In this document: in pieces, positions 10,601-25,600 of the stretch
How the letters are laid out: each line of letters opens with the position of its first letter
How positions within the stretch are numbered: the first letter of the stretch is position 1
DNA from: Diploschistes diacapsis
Taxonomy: Eukaryota
NCBI GenBank assembly: GCA_023645945.1
Contig: JALAIB010000063.1
Span: 1 to 37,438 of the forward strand
Direction of reading: 5' to 3'
Length of the DNA: 37,438 nucleotides
The notes under the pieces: generated by a model
Told to the model about the DNA's origin: nothing
Database searches by the model: none
Seen by the model: only the letters and a program-made list of their open reading frames with translations
Position numbers and translations under genes: made by a program

Positions 10601-13600
10601 CACTTCCGGGAGCACCGGAAAACCGAAGGGTGTAGTATTGGAACATCGCGGTATTACAACAAGTGCACGAGCTCATGGCCCTCTTCTCGGTTATACGCCC
10701 GAATCCAGGGTCCTCCAATTCGCTTCTTACACCTTCGACAACAGCCTTGCGGAGATTTTCACCACGCTCATGCGAGGAGGCTGTGTTTGCGTTCCTTCCG
10801 AGCATGACCGTCTGAACAACTTGGCAGGAGCCATCAACAGTCTCAGGGTGAACTTTATGGACATCACGCCAACGGTAGCCACTTTCCTAGGGCCCTCAGA
10901 AGTTCCTACGCTTAAGCGCCTGGCTTTAGGAGGCGAGGCTGTGACTAAACGAGTTGTCGATATTTGGGGCGAAGCAGTAAGCATGCATGCCTGCTACGGT
11001 CCTTCGGAGTGCTCGATCAACTGTGCTTACAGCGGGGATATTGCGACTCCAGGTAAGGCTACTAACATTGGTAGGGCCTGTGGATGCATATTGTGGGTAG
11101 TGGACTCCAAGAACCATGACCGACTTGTCCCTATCGGTTGCACAGGGGAACTTCTTGTCGAAGGACCAATCGTTGCGAGGGGATACCTCCATGATCCGGA
11201 AAGAACAGCAAAAGCCTTCGTCGAGAACCCAGCATGGGCCAAATTATCCTCCGCGGGAACAAGACGAATGTACAAGACTGGCGATCTTGTGAGATATGAA
11301 TCCGATGGCACGCTCATGTACCTAGGCCGCAAGGATACTCAAGTCAAATTGAACGGCCAAAGGATCGAGCTTGGTGAGATCGAGCACCATGTCGAGAGGA
11401 ACCTTCCCGAGGATGCCCAATCTGCTGTGGAGTTGGCCATACTTGGCGAGAGCCAGACCAGCAAGAAAGCACTCGCAGCGTTCATATGCCTCAAGGGCGA
11501 TGGAGCTGTCCCTGATGCTCATACGAACAACATTCTCTTGTCGATGTCCGATCCTTTCAAGCAAGTGGCTAAATCCCTCGAGATTGCACTTACGAGCACC
11601 ATTCCGGCCTATATGGTGCCTACATCCTGGATTCCTTTGGCTCAAATGCCACTTACTTCCTCCGGGAAGCTCAACCGCAGGCAACTTCGGTTGCTTGCTC
11701 AATCCATACCTGACGAGCGCGTTGCCACGTACAGGCTTGCAGGCAAGAGCGGGCGTGCTCCGGCGACCGAAATGGAGAAGAAGCTTGCAGCTTTGTGGAC
11801 GAAGATTCTGATACTGGATGAGAATGCCGTCGGCGCTGAGGATAGTTTCTTCAAGCTTGGCGGCGACTCTATTGGTGCCATGCGGCTAGTATCCGCTGCT
11901 CGATCGATTGGACTTTCGCTTACCGTAGCTAATGTCTTCCAACGGTCCAAGTTGTGCGAGATGGCAAGCGCAGCAAACGAGATGTCCTCCACGGCAGCGC
12001 CGAGTCAAATTGCGCCGTTCGCTATGATATCAGGGTTGACCTCGATCCCACAACTCAAGTCGGATTTATCGGCATTGTGTAGGGTCGACCCTGAAGCAAT
12101 CCAAGACATATACCCATCTACCTCGATCCAAGAGGGCCTTATGGCGCTGTCTATCAAGGAACCAGGAGCTTACGTTGCCCAAATGGTCTACCGGCTTCCA
12201 TCCGATGTGGACATGAACCGTTTTAGAGCGGCGTGGGACAGGGTTGTGGACGTTGAAATGACCTTGCGCACTAGGATAGCCTACACCGAGAAGTTTGGTT
12301 TTCTTCAAGTGGTAGTTCGGAGCTCGATCCAATGGCACTCTGTTAGCGACCTATACAGTCTTTCAGACACCGACAGACAGATTCCCGCTTACGATGGTGG
12401 AGAATTAAGTCGATACTCTATCGTGGGCGAAGACACAGGGTCACCATATTTCGTTTGGACGGTGCACCACGCGCTATATGACGGTTGGTGTCTGCCACTG
12501 ATCTTGGACAAGGTTAAGGCTGCTTATTACAGTGCTTCTATGAAGACTACTGTGGCCGGCCCGTCATATGCGACATTCATTTACCATCTTACGAAGATTG
12601 ATCAAGCCCGATCGGATGAGTTCTGGCGCACGACATTGGCTGGAGTAAGCTCGTCACAGTTCCCACGGCTTCCTAATCCAAGCTACCAGGCTCGCGCCAG
12701 TGCTATGATGTCTCACAAAGCGAAAGTTTCTCGCAAATCTGGATCCGAAATCACTGCAGCTTCTACCATCAGGGCTGCCTGGGCTCTCACCGTCGCTGCA
12801 TACAGCGGTTCTGAAGACGTTGTATTTTGCGAAACTGTTACAGGTCGCGATGCCCCAGTCAACGGAATTGAGGACATGATTGGAGCAACATTGACGACTG
12901 TCCCCACTAGAGTCCGCATTGACAAAAGCAGCAAGATCATTGATTTCTTAAGAAGTACTCAAGCACAATCTGCGGCGTCAACGCAATTTCAATATGCTGG
13001 CCTGCAACGCATCAAGCGCCTGGGCTCCGATGCAGCGGCTGCCTGCGAGTCTCAGAACCTCATAGCTATCAACAGTGGAAGTAAAGAGTCCGCCAAAGAT
13101 GCCTTCTGGGATGTCCAAAACAACGACATGGCTGGCACTAACTTCTATACCTACCCGCTCATGCTTTCGTGTTACTCGGATACCAGTGAGGTCGAGGTAG
13201 ACGCTCACTACGACGAGGATCTGATTCCTGCTTGGCAGATGGAAAGAATTCTGCGACAATTTGGTTTCGTCCTAAGCCATCTGGCTGCGGCAACTGAAAA
13301 TTGCGAGACTCTGGCGGAGATCGACCTTCTTAGCCCGGAAGACAAAAGCACCATTGCGCGATGGAACAGCGAACCGCTTCTTGTCGTTGATAAATGTGTT
13401 CATGACATTGTCTATGAGCAAGGAGTTGCGCTACCCAAGGAACAACCCGCAGTGTGCGCTTGGGATGCCTCTTTCACATATAGGGAGCTTGATTTTCTCG
13501 CCTGCCGCCTTGCTTCGAATCTCATTCAGCTCGGTATTCGCCCCAACATGGTTGTTCCTCTATGCTTTGAGAAGTCTGCCTACACAGTTGTTGCAATGCT

Positions 13601-16600
13601 TGCAGTTCTTAAAGCAGGTGCATCTTTTGTACCCTTACAAGCCGACCATCCTGAAGCTCGACTTCGTGATATTGTTCAAGATGTCGAGGCCAGCGTTGCG
13701 CTTTGCTCTCCACGCTACGAGTCCATCTGTTCGAAGATTGTTGCGAAAGCAGTATCAGTCGATCAAAATACCATGCAAGCCATGCATATGATTGACCATC
13801 CGTTGCCCTGTTGCGAAACCAACAGCGCCGCATACATAATTTTCACGTCTGGGACCACTGGTAAACCTAAAGGAACCGTTGTTGAGCACGCAGCATTCTG
13901 TACCAGTGCCCGCGCTCATGGTTCTGTCATGCAGATTCAGGAAACTTCACGCGTTCTACAGTTTGCATCTCACACTTTCGACGCCAGTGTAATGGAGATA
14001 CTTACTACTCTCATATGTGGCGGGTGTGTCTGCATTCCTGATGATATATCGAGATTGAATGACTGCGCCAGGGTCATCAACGAAATGCAAGTTAACTGGT
14101 CCCTTTTAACCCCGTCATTTGTCCAGACTATCAAGCCTTCGGAAGTGCCATCCCTTAGAACCTTGGTGATGGGGGGTGAAGCTATGTCGCAGACACAAAT
14201 ATCCGTGTGGGCCGAAAAGGTCAATTTCATGAACGCTTACGGGCCCAGCGAGACTTCGGTCATAGCGACAATCAACGCCAATGTTACTGCCAAGTCAGGT
14301 CCTACCAACATCGGCCGAGCAGTGGGTGGTAGGTGCTGGATTGCAAACTACACGGACCACGACTATCTAGCACCCATCGGATCTGTAGGCGAGTTGCTTG
14401 TAGAAGGGCCAATCCTTGCCAGAGGATACCTTAAGAACCCTGGGAAGACTGCTGAGGCATTCATCGAGAACCCAAAGTGGGCTTCCCGATTTGGCTATGG
14501 GATTGGAAAACGCATGTATAAAACTGGCGATCTCGTCAAGTATGCCGCCGATGGCTCAATAATCTACTTGGGCCGCAAAGATACGCAGGCGAAGCTCCAT
14601 GGACAGCGCCTTGAACTTGGAGAGGTGGAGCACCACCTCAACACAGATGGTGTCATCAAACACGCTCTCGCGGCCATTCCCGCCTCTGGACCCTGCAAGA
14701 AGCGTCTAGTAGCAGTGGTTTCCATACAAGCGTTGTCTATTCCTAAGCACTCTCTGCTGGATTTGCAAGTTGTGGGCAACGATGCCGCAGCTTTCTACTT
14801 GACAGGCATTCGTGAAAGAATCAGCAACCTCCTTCCACCTTACATGGTTCCTTCAACATGGATAGTACTGCAAGAACTACCTCTCCAACCCTCTGGAAAA
14901 CTCGACCGACGCCGCGTTATTACCTTCGTTGAGAGCATGAGCGAGGATCTATACAGGCAGGTTTCGGAAGCCGAATCGTCGTCGGACAGCCTGGATAGGG
15001 ATGCTACGCCGATTGAGCTGCAAGTCCGAGCCATTTGGGCGCATGTACTCAACATACCGGTCGAGAAGATATCTTTTACGCAGTCGTTCCTGCATCTCGG
15101 TGGAGACTCTATTTCGGCAATGCAGGTCATGGCGCGCTGCCGGTCCGAGAAGCTGGGCGTGACCGTGCAAGACATCATTCAAAGCAAGAACCTTTCTCAA
15201 CTCGCTTCTCGGGTTACGCTTCCCCAGGAAGTTTCTTACCAAGCAGAGGAAGTCGAAAGAGATTTTGCGTTGTCGCCAATCCAGCAGATGTACTTCGAGC
15301 TCATGGGCGACGATTGGGCTCAATTCAATCAGAGTGTGCTATTCAAACTGAGACACAAGACCAGCATAGATCAGATAAATCGCGCCATCTATGTCGTGGT
15401 TGAGGCGCACTCCATGCTTCGTGCACGGTTTGCAAAGACAGAAAGTCAAGTCTGGCAACAGCGCGTCTCAAGGGATATAATCGGTTCTTACGTTGTTCGG
15501 TCTCACACCCGTGGTGGCGATGCCATCGATCGAACCTCAAGTCTGATCGAAGATAGCCAGAAGAGCTTGAACATCACGAAAGGTCCCATCGTGGCTGTAG
15601 ATTTATTCGAGGGCAATAGCACTGACAAACAACAGCTCCTCTTCCTCACCGCGCACCATTTGGTAGTCGATGTGGTCTCATGGCGGGTCATTATCCAGGA
15701 TATTGAGGACTTCCTTACTTCTGGGTCGTTGAAGACCCCAACTTCCTTACCCTTCCAGACATGGTGCAACCTACAGGCCGAACATGCGAAACATGAAGTT
15801 GCCAAAAGAGTCCTTCAGAATGAAGATATTCCGCCCGCTGACTTTGCTTATTGGAATATGACGGATCGGGCAAATGTTCACGGTGATGCCCTTAGCACCA
15901 CATTCGAGCTTGACGCGCAAACGACTTTACACTTGACAAATGCGTGTCATGATGCCTTGCGAACTGATGCCGTCGATATCTTGATGGCAACCATGCTCGT
16001 TTCATTTGGGCGTACATTTTCGGACCGCGAATACCTGCCTGCGATATACAACGAAGGACACGGCCGTGAACCGTGGGATTCAATCATAGACCTTTCCCAA
16101 ACAGTCGGTTGGTTCACGACAATGTGCCCTGTGTACCTTCCTGGTGCCGCGGCCTCGAGTCCCGATCTCATCAGCGCCGTTCGCTGGATCAAAGACTATC
16201 GAAGACGCGTGCCGGACAAGGGTCGTCCATACTTTGCTTATCGGCACTTGACCTCTGAAGGCAAGGCACGTTTCTCCACTCACTGGCCGATGGAAATCAC
16301 GTTCAATTACTTGGGTCAGATTCAACAACTTGAGAGAGATGATGCCTTGCTTTTGCCTGTGGACGCCCTTTCAGGAGACTCTATCAACGCGCAATCAGAT
16401 ATCGCGCATAACACTCCCCGGTTCTCTCTGTTTGAAGTATCGGCCTTCGTGACTAGCGGCAGCTTCAAGATATCTGTCAGCTACAACAAGCACATGCAAA
16501 GACAGCCGGAAATAAGGAAGTGGATTGCTGAATACGAGACCACGCTACGATCTGCGGTATCCCAGCTAGCTCAGCTGAAGCCTGAACTGACCTTGACCGA

Positions 16601-19600
16601 CTTCCCTCTATTGCCTCTGACTTACGATGGTCTTTCGAAACTTACCCGAAGGCTTCCCGAGCTGGGTGTTGCCTCAATCGAAGATATCGAAGATGTATAT
16701 CCTTGTTCGCCCATGCAGCAAGGTCTTCTCTTGGCGCAAGTTCGGAACCCACAGAACTACACCTACCATGCTATCTTCGAGGTCACCTCAAAGTATGCAG
16801 GTCAGCTGGTGGATACCTTGCGCCTCTCGAAGGCGTGGCAAGCTGTAATCGATCGCCATCCAGCACTCCGTACAGTCTTCCTGGACAACATCAGCCAACC
16901 GGGCGTGACCGATCAAGTCGTTCTGAAGAATTTCACCGCTCGGATGTCCTGGCTGCAGAGCGCTGACTCGGAAGCCATTCTGGGCCTACAGCAGCAAGAG
17001 CCACTTGACTATAGTCTGTTCCAGCCTCCTCACTGCTTGTCTATTTGCAAAGGAACTAGCGGACGGGTTTTCTGCAAGCTCGAGATGAGCCACGTTATCT
17101 CTGACGGCACTTCAATGCCTATCATCCTGGGCGACCTTTCCAAAGCGTATGAAGCAAGCGGGCTTGAGAAGGGACCACTATACAGCGACTATCTTGCACA
17201 CGTGAAGTGGAAGACTACTGCAGCCGATGTGGACTACTGGAAATCGTATCTAATGGACATTGAGCCCTGCTACTTCCCCACCTTGATTGATGGCAAGCAA
17301 AGCGCCAGACAGCTCAAGTCCTTGGATATAGAATCTCCTCTGACGCCGGACATGCAAGCATTTTGTGCCAGGAACGGTGTCACCCTTGCCAATGCCCTTC
17401 AGTTGACTTGGGCCTTGGTACTGAAGTGCTATACCGGATCCAGCGACGTCTGTTTTGGTTACTTGGTTTCCGGGCGTGACGTTCCCGTCCCTGGCATTCA
17501 ACAGGCAGTCGGCGCTTTCATTAACATGCTTACCTGCCGGATCAATCTATTGGATGGTACCAGAGTCAATGAGGCGATGCAGCAGGTTCAGACCGATTTT
17601 GTCAACGGGATGTCCCATCAATCTTGCTCGCTGGCTGAAGTACAGCATGAGCTTAAGATGTCTGGCTCGGCCCTGTTCAACACCGCGTTCACTTTCCAGC
17701 GACGCTCGGGGACCAAGGATCTTGCAGAAAACTCCCTTCAGTACGATTTCGCTGAAGCTTGCGACCCGAGCGAATACCATGTCACTGTTAACGTAGAGAC
17801 TTCTGATTCAACCATGGTTCTTGGCTTTACGTACTGGTCCGATGGCTTCTCCGAGGCTCAAATTCAAGGTGTTGCAAGCGTCTTTCAGCAGGTGCTTAAG
17901 TGCATGACACTGGACAGCAATCGAGATTCCTCTCTCGGCGAACTGGACTTCTTCAGCGAGCGCAGTATTGAACAAGCCCTCCGGTGGAATAGCAAGCTTC
18001 CGCAAAAGGTGAACAGATGTATCCATGACTTCGTTGAAGAACACGCCAGAACTCGGCCTTCGGCGACGCCAGCTATCAATGGTTGGGATGGCAATTATAC
18101 TTATGCGGAGCTTGACAGTGTGACAGACCGTCTTGCTCAACATCTGGTTACTCTGGGAATTGGCCTCGAAAACATTGTGCCTCTGTGTTTTGAGAAATCT
18201 TCGCTAACCATTGTGGCCATGCTTGCCGTCATGAAGGCAGGGGCTACATTTGTGCCAATCGACTCCACGCAACCCGAAAGCCGACTTAAGTATCTATTCG
18301 AAAGCACTCAAGCCAAGCTGGTATTGTGTTCTCCTGGTCGCGCTAAGAAAATCTCCGCCATTATTAACAGTGTTTCTGTTGTCAGCCAGGAGTCTCTTGC
18401 AGCGCTGCCCGCGCAGGCATTATCCAATATGATCAAACCAACGCCTGATAATGCTGCTTATATTATCTTTACCTCTGGAACAACAGGGCTGCCGAAAGGA
18501 ACCATCATCGAACATGCTGCATTCTGCACAGGTGCTACCGAGCATGCCAAAGCCATGATGATGCGATCAAACTCTAGAGTCCTTCAATTCGCCTCTTATA
18601 CGTTCGACGCGAGTGTTATGGAAATCTTATCGACTTTAATCGCCGGTGGTTGTGTTTGTGTACCCACCGATCAGGAACGAATGAACGACATTCCGGGCAT
18701 CATAAAGCGAATGGGCATAACTTGGACGCTGCTGACCCCATCTGTTGCAAGCATTCTGAGGCCAGATAGTGTTCCGAGCTTAAGAGTTCTCGTCACCGGA
18801 GGTGAAGCCATGTCCGCTGATCATATCAGGAAATGGCAAGGAAGCCATATCGCTCTGGTCAATGCCTATGGTCCCAGCGAATGCTCTGTCATTGCAACCC
18901 TAAGCGTCAAGGTTGACGAAGGAGGCCGCGAGATCAACGGAGAACCTGCTAACATAGGCCACGCGATTGGTGGTCGCAATTGGGTTGTCAATCCGAACAA
19001 CCACGATCAGCTGGTGCCTACTGGAGCCATTGGTGAGCTCGTTGTAGAAGGACGCACCACCGCCCGAGGTTATCTCAACAACGAAGAAAAGACAAAGGCT
19101 GCCTTCATCGCAGACCCAGCTTGGACAAGGAAACAAGCCTTTGGCGAGATATTTGTGCACAGGGAAAGAATGTACAAGACTGGTGATTTAGTTCGCTGCA
19201 ATTCGGATGGTAGCTTTACCTACATCACCAGGAAAGATACGCAGATCAAGCTTAACGGTCAACGTATCGAGGTGGCTGAGATCGAGCACCATGTCAAGCA
19301 GAATCTCCCGGATACCTCGCAAGCTGCAGTCGACCTTGTTGCACCTGTCGGAGGCCGCAAAGCGCTGGCAGTATTCTTCTCTGTCCCGGCTTCCTCTGTT
19401 GGAAGAGCCAATCATGCCCGGGCAATGTCTGCAGTTGATGAGATCTTGCTTCCCATCTCCGGTGAAGCCAGTACTATCGCCAAAAACATGGAGGTCGCGC
19501 TCGGAGGTGCCTTGCCAGCTTACATGGTACCTTCATTGTTCATTCCTGTCAGAAAGATGCCTTGGACAACTTCTGGGAAACTGGATCGATCGAGGCTGCG

Positions 19601-22600
19601 CAACATGGTCCAAGCGCTATCTAAAGAAGACATCATCTCCTACAAACTTGGTGGAAGTAGTAGCAAGCGGGCTACTAACACTGCCATGGAAAAGCGGCTA
19701 CAAAAGCTTTGGGAAACTGTCATTGGTCTTCCTGCAGGCTCCGTTGGAGCAGACGACAACTTCTTCCGCATCGGTGGAGACTCGATTTCTGCGATGAAGC
19801 TCGTTGGTCTTGCGGATGCTGAAAATCTCATCCTGACAGTTTTGAACATTTTCCGTAATCCAAAGCTTTCTGAGCTCGCAAGGACCTGCACGACGCTCAA
19901 GAAAACCGCCGATCCGGAGCTTCAACAATTTGCTCTGCTCAAGCAAGCCGAGCCAGTCGAGCAGACCCTGCACGAACTGGCAAGTCAATGCAGGATTGAA
20001 GTTGCTTCCATCCAGGATGCTTATCCTTGCAGTCCCCTTCAGGAAGGTCTTTTGACACTTTCAATGAAACAGGCAGGCGCCTATGTCGCCAAGAACGTGT
20101 TCAAAGTACCTTCAAATGCAGATGTCGGGCGCCTACAGGCAGCTTGGCAACAGACCGTGGATGAAGTGGACATTCTAAGAACCAGGATTGTGCATACAAA
20201 GTCCTCGGCCTTCGTGCAGGTCGTACTCAAGACGGAAAGTATCACGTGGAAGACTGTCGGAACGTTGCGTGAGGCAGAAAGCGATGCTATCAAGATCCCT
20301 CTCTTCAATGGTGGAACGCTCGCACAATACACTATCGTCAATGGATCTAAGCCAAGCACACGCTACTTTGTCTGGTCCATTCACCATGCGCTGTATGACG
20401 GATGGAGTATGCCAATGGTACTCGAAAGATTTGAGTCCAACTACCGGGCAACTGAGCCACGTTCGCCTCAACTTCCGTATTCTCGCTTTATCCAATACCT
20501 CGGTGAAGTAGACTGGAAGGCTTCGGACGAGTACTGGAAGTCAAAATTATCCGAGACCTCTGCATTGAGATTCCCAGCTGTGAACCTCTCTACTTCTGAG
20601 GACACTTTCCAAAGCAAAAAGCTTACACACAGTGTCCGCATCTCGCGAGATTTTGCAAGCACCGGTGTCACCCTTCCGACCATTATCAGAGCCGCCTGGG
20701 CTTTGGTAATCGCTACTTACACTAGCTCCAACGATGTTGTATTTGGAGAGACTCTTGCAGGCCGCGACATCCCAGTTCCTGGCATCACCAGCGTCCTGGG
20801 CCCGACACTGACAACCATCCCCCAACGAGTCCGGCTCGATAAAGCCTTTTCTCTCCAACACCTTTTGCAGGAAATCCATCAACTCTCCGCCGAGGTGATA
20901 CCATACCAACACGCTGGGCTGCAGCATATCCGATGTCTTAGCTCGGATGCGGAGACTGCTTGTGATTTCCAGAATCTGTTGGTCATACAGACCGCAGGAG
21001 AGGGTGGTCGTTTGGACTTGTTGCGGCCCCAAGATGACGGCGTCAGCGATTCTTTCTTCACCTACCCCCTTGTTCTTGAGTGCACGGCTAACGTGGCGCA
21101 AATCGATATCGAGGCACACTATGACCTGAGCGCTATGAGCGAATGGCAAATGGAAAGATTGCTCTACCAATTTGACTCGGTCCTCAAACAGCTCGGTGTG
21201 GCACATCGCAACCCTGGCCAGACCATAAGTGAGGTCCAAGTTTTTAGCCCACAGGACATGCAGCTAGTTCGTGATTGGAACTACAACGCGCCGATTGCTT
21301 TCGATGAGTGCATCCACAAGGTCTTTGCGCAGCTTGCATTGCGGCAACCTGAGTCCCCTGCGGTGTGCGCGTGGGACATGAACCTAACTTACAGGGAGTT
21401 ACATGAGCTGGCCGTCCGGCTTGCAGGAACCCTGTCAAGGCTGAATGTTGGTCGCGAGGGTCTTGTCCCTGTAGTCATCGACAAGTCAGGCTGGAGTATA
21501 GTCTCTATGATGGCCATCCTGCTCGCCGGTGGTGCATTCGTCCCACTGGATTCTGCTCATCCTACGTCAAGGCACATTGAGATTATCAATAATGTTCAAG
21601 CAACGGTACTCATCACGCCTCCGCAGTATGTGGCAAAATACAAAGACCATGTTGAGCATGTTGTCACAATCGACGAAGCGTCGATGTCAGCTATGGGTGG
21701 AGCAGGATCATTTCCAGATGTGGACAGCAACAATACCGCCTACGTCATATTCACTTCCGGCAGCACAGGTAAACCGAAAGGTGTCGTGATTGAGCATGGC
21801 GCCTTTTGCTCGAGTTCAAATGCCTTCCGCCGTGAAATGTTTATGAAACCCGATTCCCGTGTTCTTCAATTTGCCTCGCTGACGTTCGATGCTGGGGTCA
21901 TGGAGGTGTTCACGACTTTGACCTTTGGTGGTTGTGTCTGTATACCGAGTGATGAGGCCCGAGTAAAGGATCTTGAAAGCGTGATCAGAGATATGAACGT
22001 CACCTGGACGTTCCTTACCCCCTCCGTGGCGAATATTATGGATCCCTCTCTCGTTCCTTGCCTCCAAGTGCTTTCTTGTGGTGGGGAGGCCCTTTCCGAG
22101 GAGACAGTGTTGAGATGGGCGGACAATGTGACTCTGGTCAACGGTTACGGTCCAACAGAAGCTTCGGTCTTTGCGGTTTTGAATCCCCACGTTTCAAGAG
22201 ATCGCGATGCAACATGTATTGGTCGTGGCCATGCTGGTGGCTATACTTGGATTACCGAACCCGACAACCATGATCGTCTGGCTCCTGTGGGCAGCGACGG
22301 AGAGCTCTGCCTGGAAGGCCCGTTACTTGCTCGAGAGTACATCAACGACGAAGAAAAGACGAACGCCGCATTCATCAAGGATGCTGCTTGGATGAAGGCC
22401 TTTGATAACGGTACTGATGGTCGTCGCATATACAAGACTGGCGATCTTGTCAGGTACCACAAGGACGGGTCAATTATCTTCGTGGGGCGCAAAGACAACC
22501 AAGTGAAATTACACGGTCAACGTATGGAGCTTGGCGAGATTGAGCATCGTCTCGAAGTCTGTCCTCAAATCAAGCACGTATTTGTTGCGTTGCCAAAGCA

Positions 22601-25600
22601 CGGTCTTTGCCAGAAACGGCTCGTTGGTGTCGTGTCCATCGACAACCTCCCGGGTGCTCCTGGCGTACCCGCTGCCAACAGCTGCAACTTGATGGCTGAG
22701 GGTCAGCGGCTTGACGCAGCGCGTGCGAAGGTGGCCGAAGCCAGCACCCGTCTTGCGGATCAAGTACCAGGGTATATGGTACCTTCCATTTGGGTGATCC
22801 TAGAGGCGCTACCAATTCTTGTGTCAGGAAAGCTTGACAGGAAAAAGGTGGGCATGTGGCTTGAAAATATGGATGAGCCCACGTATAGAGCAGTCACTAA
22901 AAGCATCGGGAGCGAGGACACTTCTAGCCCGCAAACACCCACTGCTCAAGTTCTACGCCAAGTCTGGGCCAGTGTGTTTGATATGCCTGCGGAAAGCATC
23001 AAATTCAACGAGTCCTTCCTCAGCTTGGGCGGCGACTCCATCAGTGCTATGCGCGTGATGGCAAAGGGCCGCAAAGAAGGTCTCAATCTCTCACTTCAGG
23101 ACATCCTTCGCAGCAAGTCAATCTCACAACTGGCGGCTGTGATCGGCGATATCGTCCCTGGCTCCTCGGCCGATGTCGTTGAAGAAGAAGTTGTTGACCG
23201 AGCGTTTGACGTATCGCCAATTCAGAGTCTGTTCTTTGAATCCATCGGCGGAAACTCGGGAGACGCTCAATTCAACCAAAGCTATTTGCTTGAAATCCGA
23301 AGCAAGGTCACAGTCGACGATGTGCGCAATGCCCTCGAGGCTGTCATCGGCAAGCATTCCATGTTGAGATCGAGGTTTGCTAAGAGTTCAGATAACAAAT
23401 GGCAGCAACGTGTTACTAACAACGTTGTTGCATCCTATCGATTCAGTGCTCACAACGTTCCTGACAAACAATCCATGGCATCCGCAATCGCTGATAGCCA
23501 GACAAACATGAACATCGAAGAGGGACCTCTTCTCTCTTCCAACCTCTTCAACATTCAGGATGGTAGGCAGGGCTTGTTCCTCGCTATTCATCATTTGGTT
23601 GTCGATGCAGTATCGTGGCTTGTCATCCTTCAGGATCTGCAGGATGTCCTGAGCAAGAAACCGCTCACCATGGACAAGCCACTTCCGTTTCAAGTCTGGT
23701 GCAACATGCAAGCAAAGAATGCACAGAACGAAAGTGCTTCGAACATCCAGAAGCTTTTGCCCGTCGGCTTCGCGCCAGCGCAGAGGGACTACTGGGGTCT
23801 GCCTTCTCAAGGCGACACTTACGGCGACGCAGACTCCATCTCGTTCACTTTAGATCAGGAGATAACCTCTCTGGCCCTGGGAAATTGTCATCAATCTCTT
23901 CGCACAGAGCCCGTTGACGTATTCCTGTCTGCAATCGCTCAATCTTTCACTCGGATCTTTACCGACCGCAAGACTGCCACGATATTCAATGAGGGCCATG
24001 GTCGTGAACCTTGGGACCCAAGCATTGATTTGTCAAGAACAGTTGGGTGGTTCACCACCATGTATCCTCTCCACGTCGACCTTGACTATAACGAGGATTC
24101 TGTGAACATCGTCAAGAGGATGAAAGACGCTCGACGCAAAGTTCCCAATAATGGACGACCATACTTTGCCAGTCGGTACATCACCGCTGAAGGCCGGTCT
24201 AGGTTCCAGAAGCACATGCCGATGGAAATTCTCTTCAACTATCTTGGTCGTACCAGCTCTGTCGGGAAGGAGGATTCTTTACTCGAACAGATGGAATACC
24301 ATGACGATGAAAAAACTGCCCGCTTGACAGCTGACGTAGGCCCAAAGACCCCAAGACTGGCCGTCTTCGAAATTTCGGCTGCGGTCTCCGACGGCCGGAT
24401 TCGGTTTGCCTTCATGTTCAACAGGAATCTGGAAAATATTGAAAGTGTCAAGCTATGGGTAAAGGAGTGCCAGCTTACCCTTCATGAGACAGTACAAAAG
24501 CTTGCAACCATCTCTAAACAGCCTACCTTGAGCGATTTCCCATTACTGCCCTTATCGTACAGGGAATTGGAAAGATTGACTACCCAGAGCCTCACCAAAT
24601 CTGGTATTACTAACCTTGAGGAGGTTGAAGATATCTATCCTTGCTCTCCAATGCAAGAAGGCCTTTTATTGAGTCAGTCTCGAGATCCAAAGAGTTACAT
24701 CTTCCACACAGTTTCGGAGGTCAAGCCTCTCTGGTTCGACTCCGCAATCGATGCACAGAAGCTAGTAACTGCTTGGCAGATGGTTGTTGATCGTCATCCA
24801 GCACTGAGAACTGTGTTCATTGATAGCGTCTACAAGGGTGGCGTCTTTGATCAGATAGTTGTACGGAAGGCTGATAGTGGAGCCCTGAGCATCGAGTGCA
24901 GCGACACGGAGGTCCTGGACACTCTTGCCGCAATCACGATTCAGGACCAGAACTTCAAGAAGCAGCCGAAACTGCCACATCAGTTCACCGTCTGCAAGAC
25001 TCGATCCGGCAACGTCTTCTTCAAGCTGGAAATCAACCACGCAGTCATCGACGGAGCTTCTTCAGGAAACATCATGCACGATCTGGCACTTGCTTACGAA
25101 GGCAGGCTAGTAAGCGGCTCAGGTCCATTGTACAGTGATTACATTTCCTACCTAAAGGAGCAAGGACCTACGGCGGGCATTGAGTACTGGAAGACCTACC
25201 TCAACGGCGTACGGCCGTCCCTTTTCCCGGCCTTGAACAGTGCAACCGCAGTTAAACAGCTAGGGTCTGCGCCCATGAGATTCGGCAGATATGCCGAGCT
25301 TCAAGATATGTCCAAAAAACTCAACGTCACCCTCTCAAACGTTATGCATGCGGCCTGGGCGGTTGTTTTGCGATCTTATATGAATGCAAATGACGTCTCG
25401 TTCGGATACTTGACCGCGGGGCGCGATGCACCGATCAAAGGAATTCAAGATGCTGTCGGTGCTTTTATCAACATGTTAATCTGTCGCATTGAGTTCAAGC
25501 CCGAGATGACTCTGGCGGATCTCTTTACCAAGGTCCAAAACGAATACCTCGAGAGCCTACCACACCAACACTCCTCACTGGCGCAAGTCCAGCACGAGCT

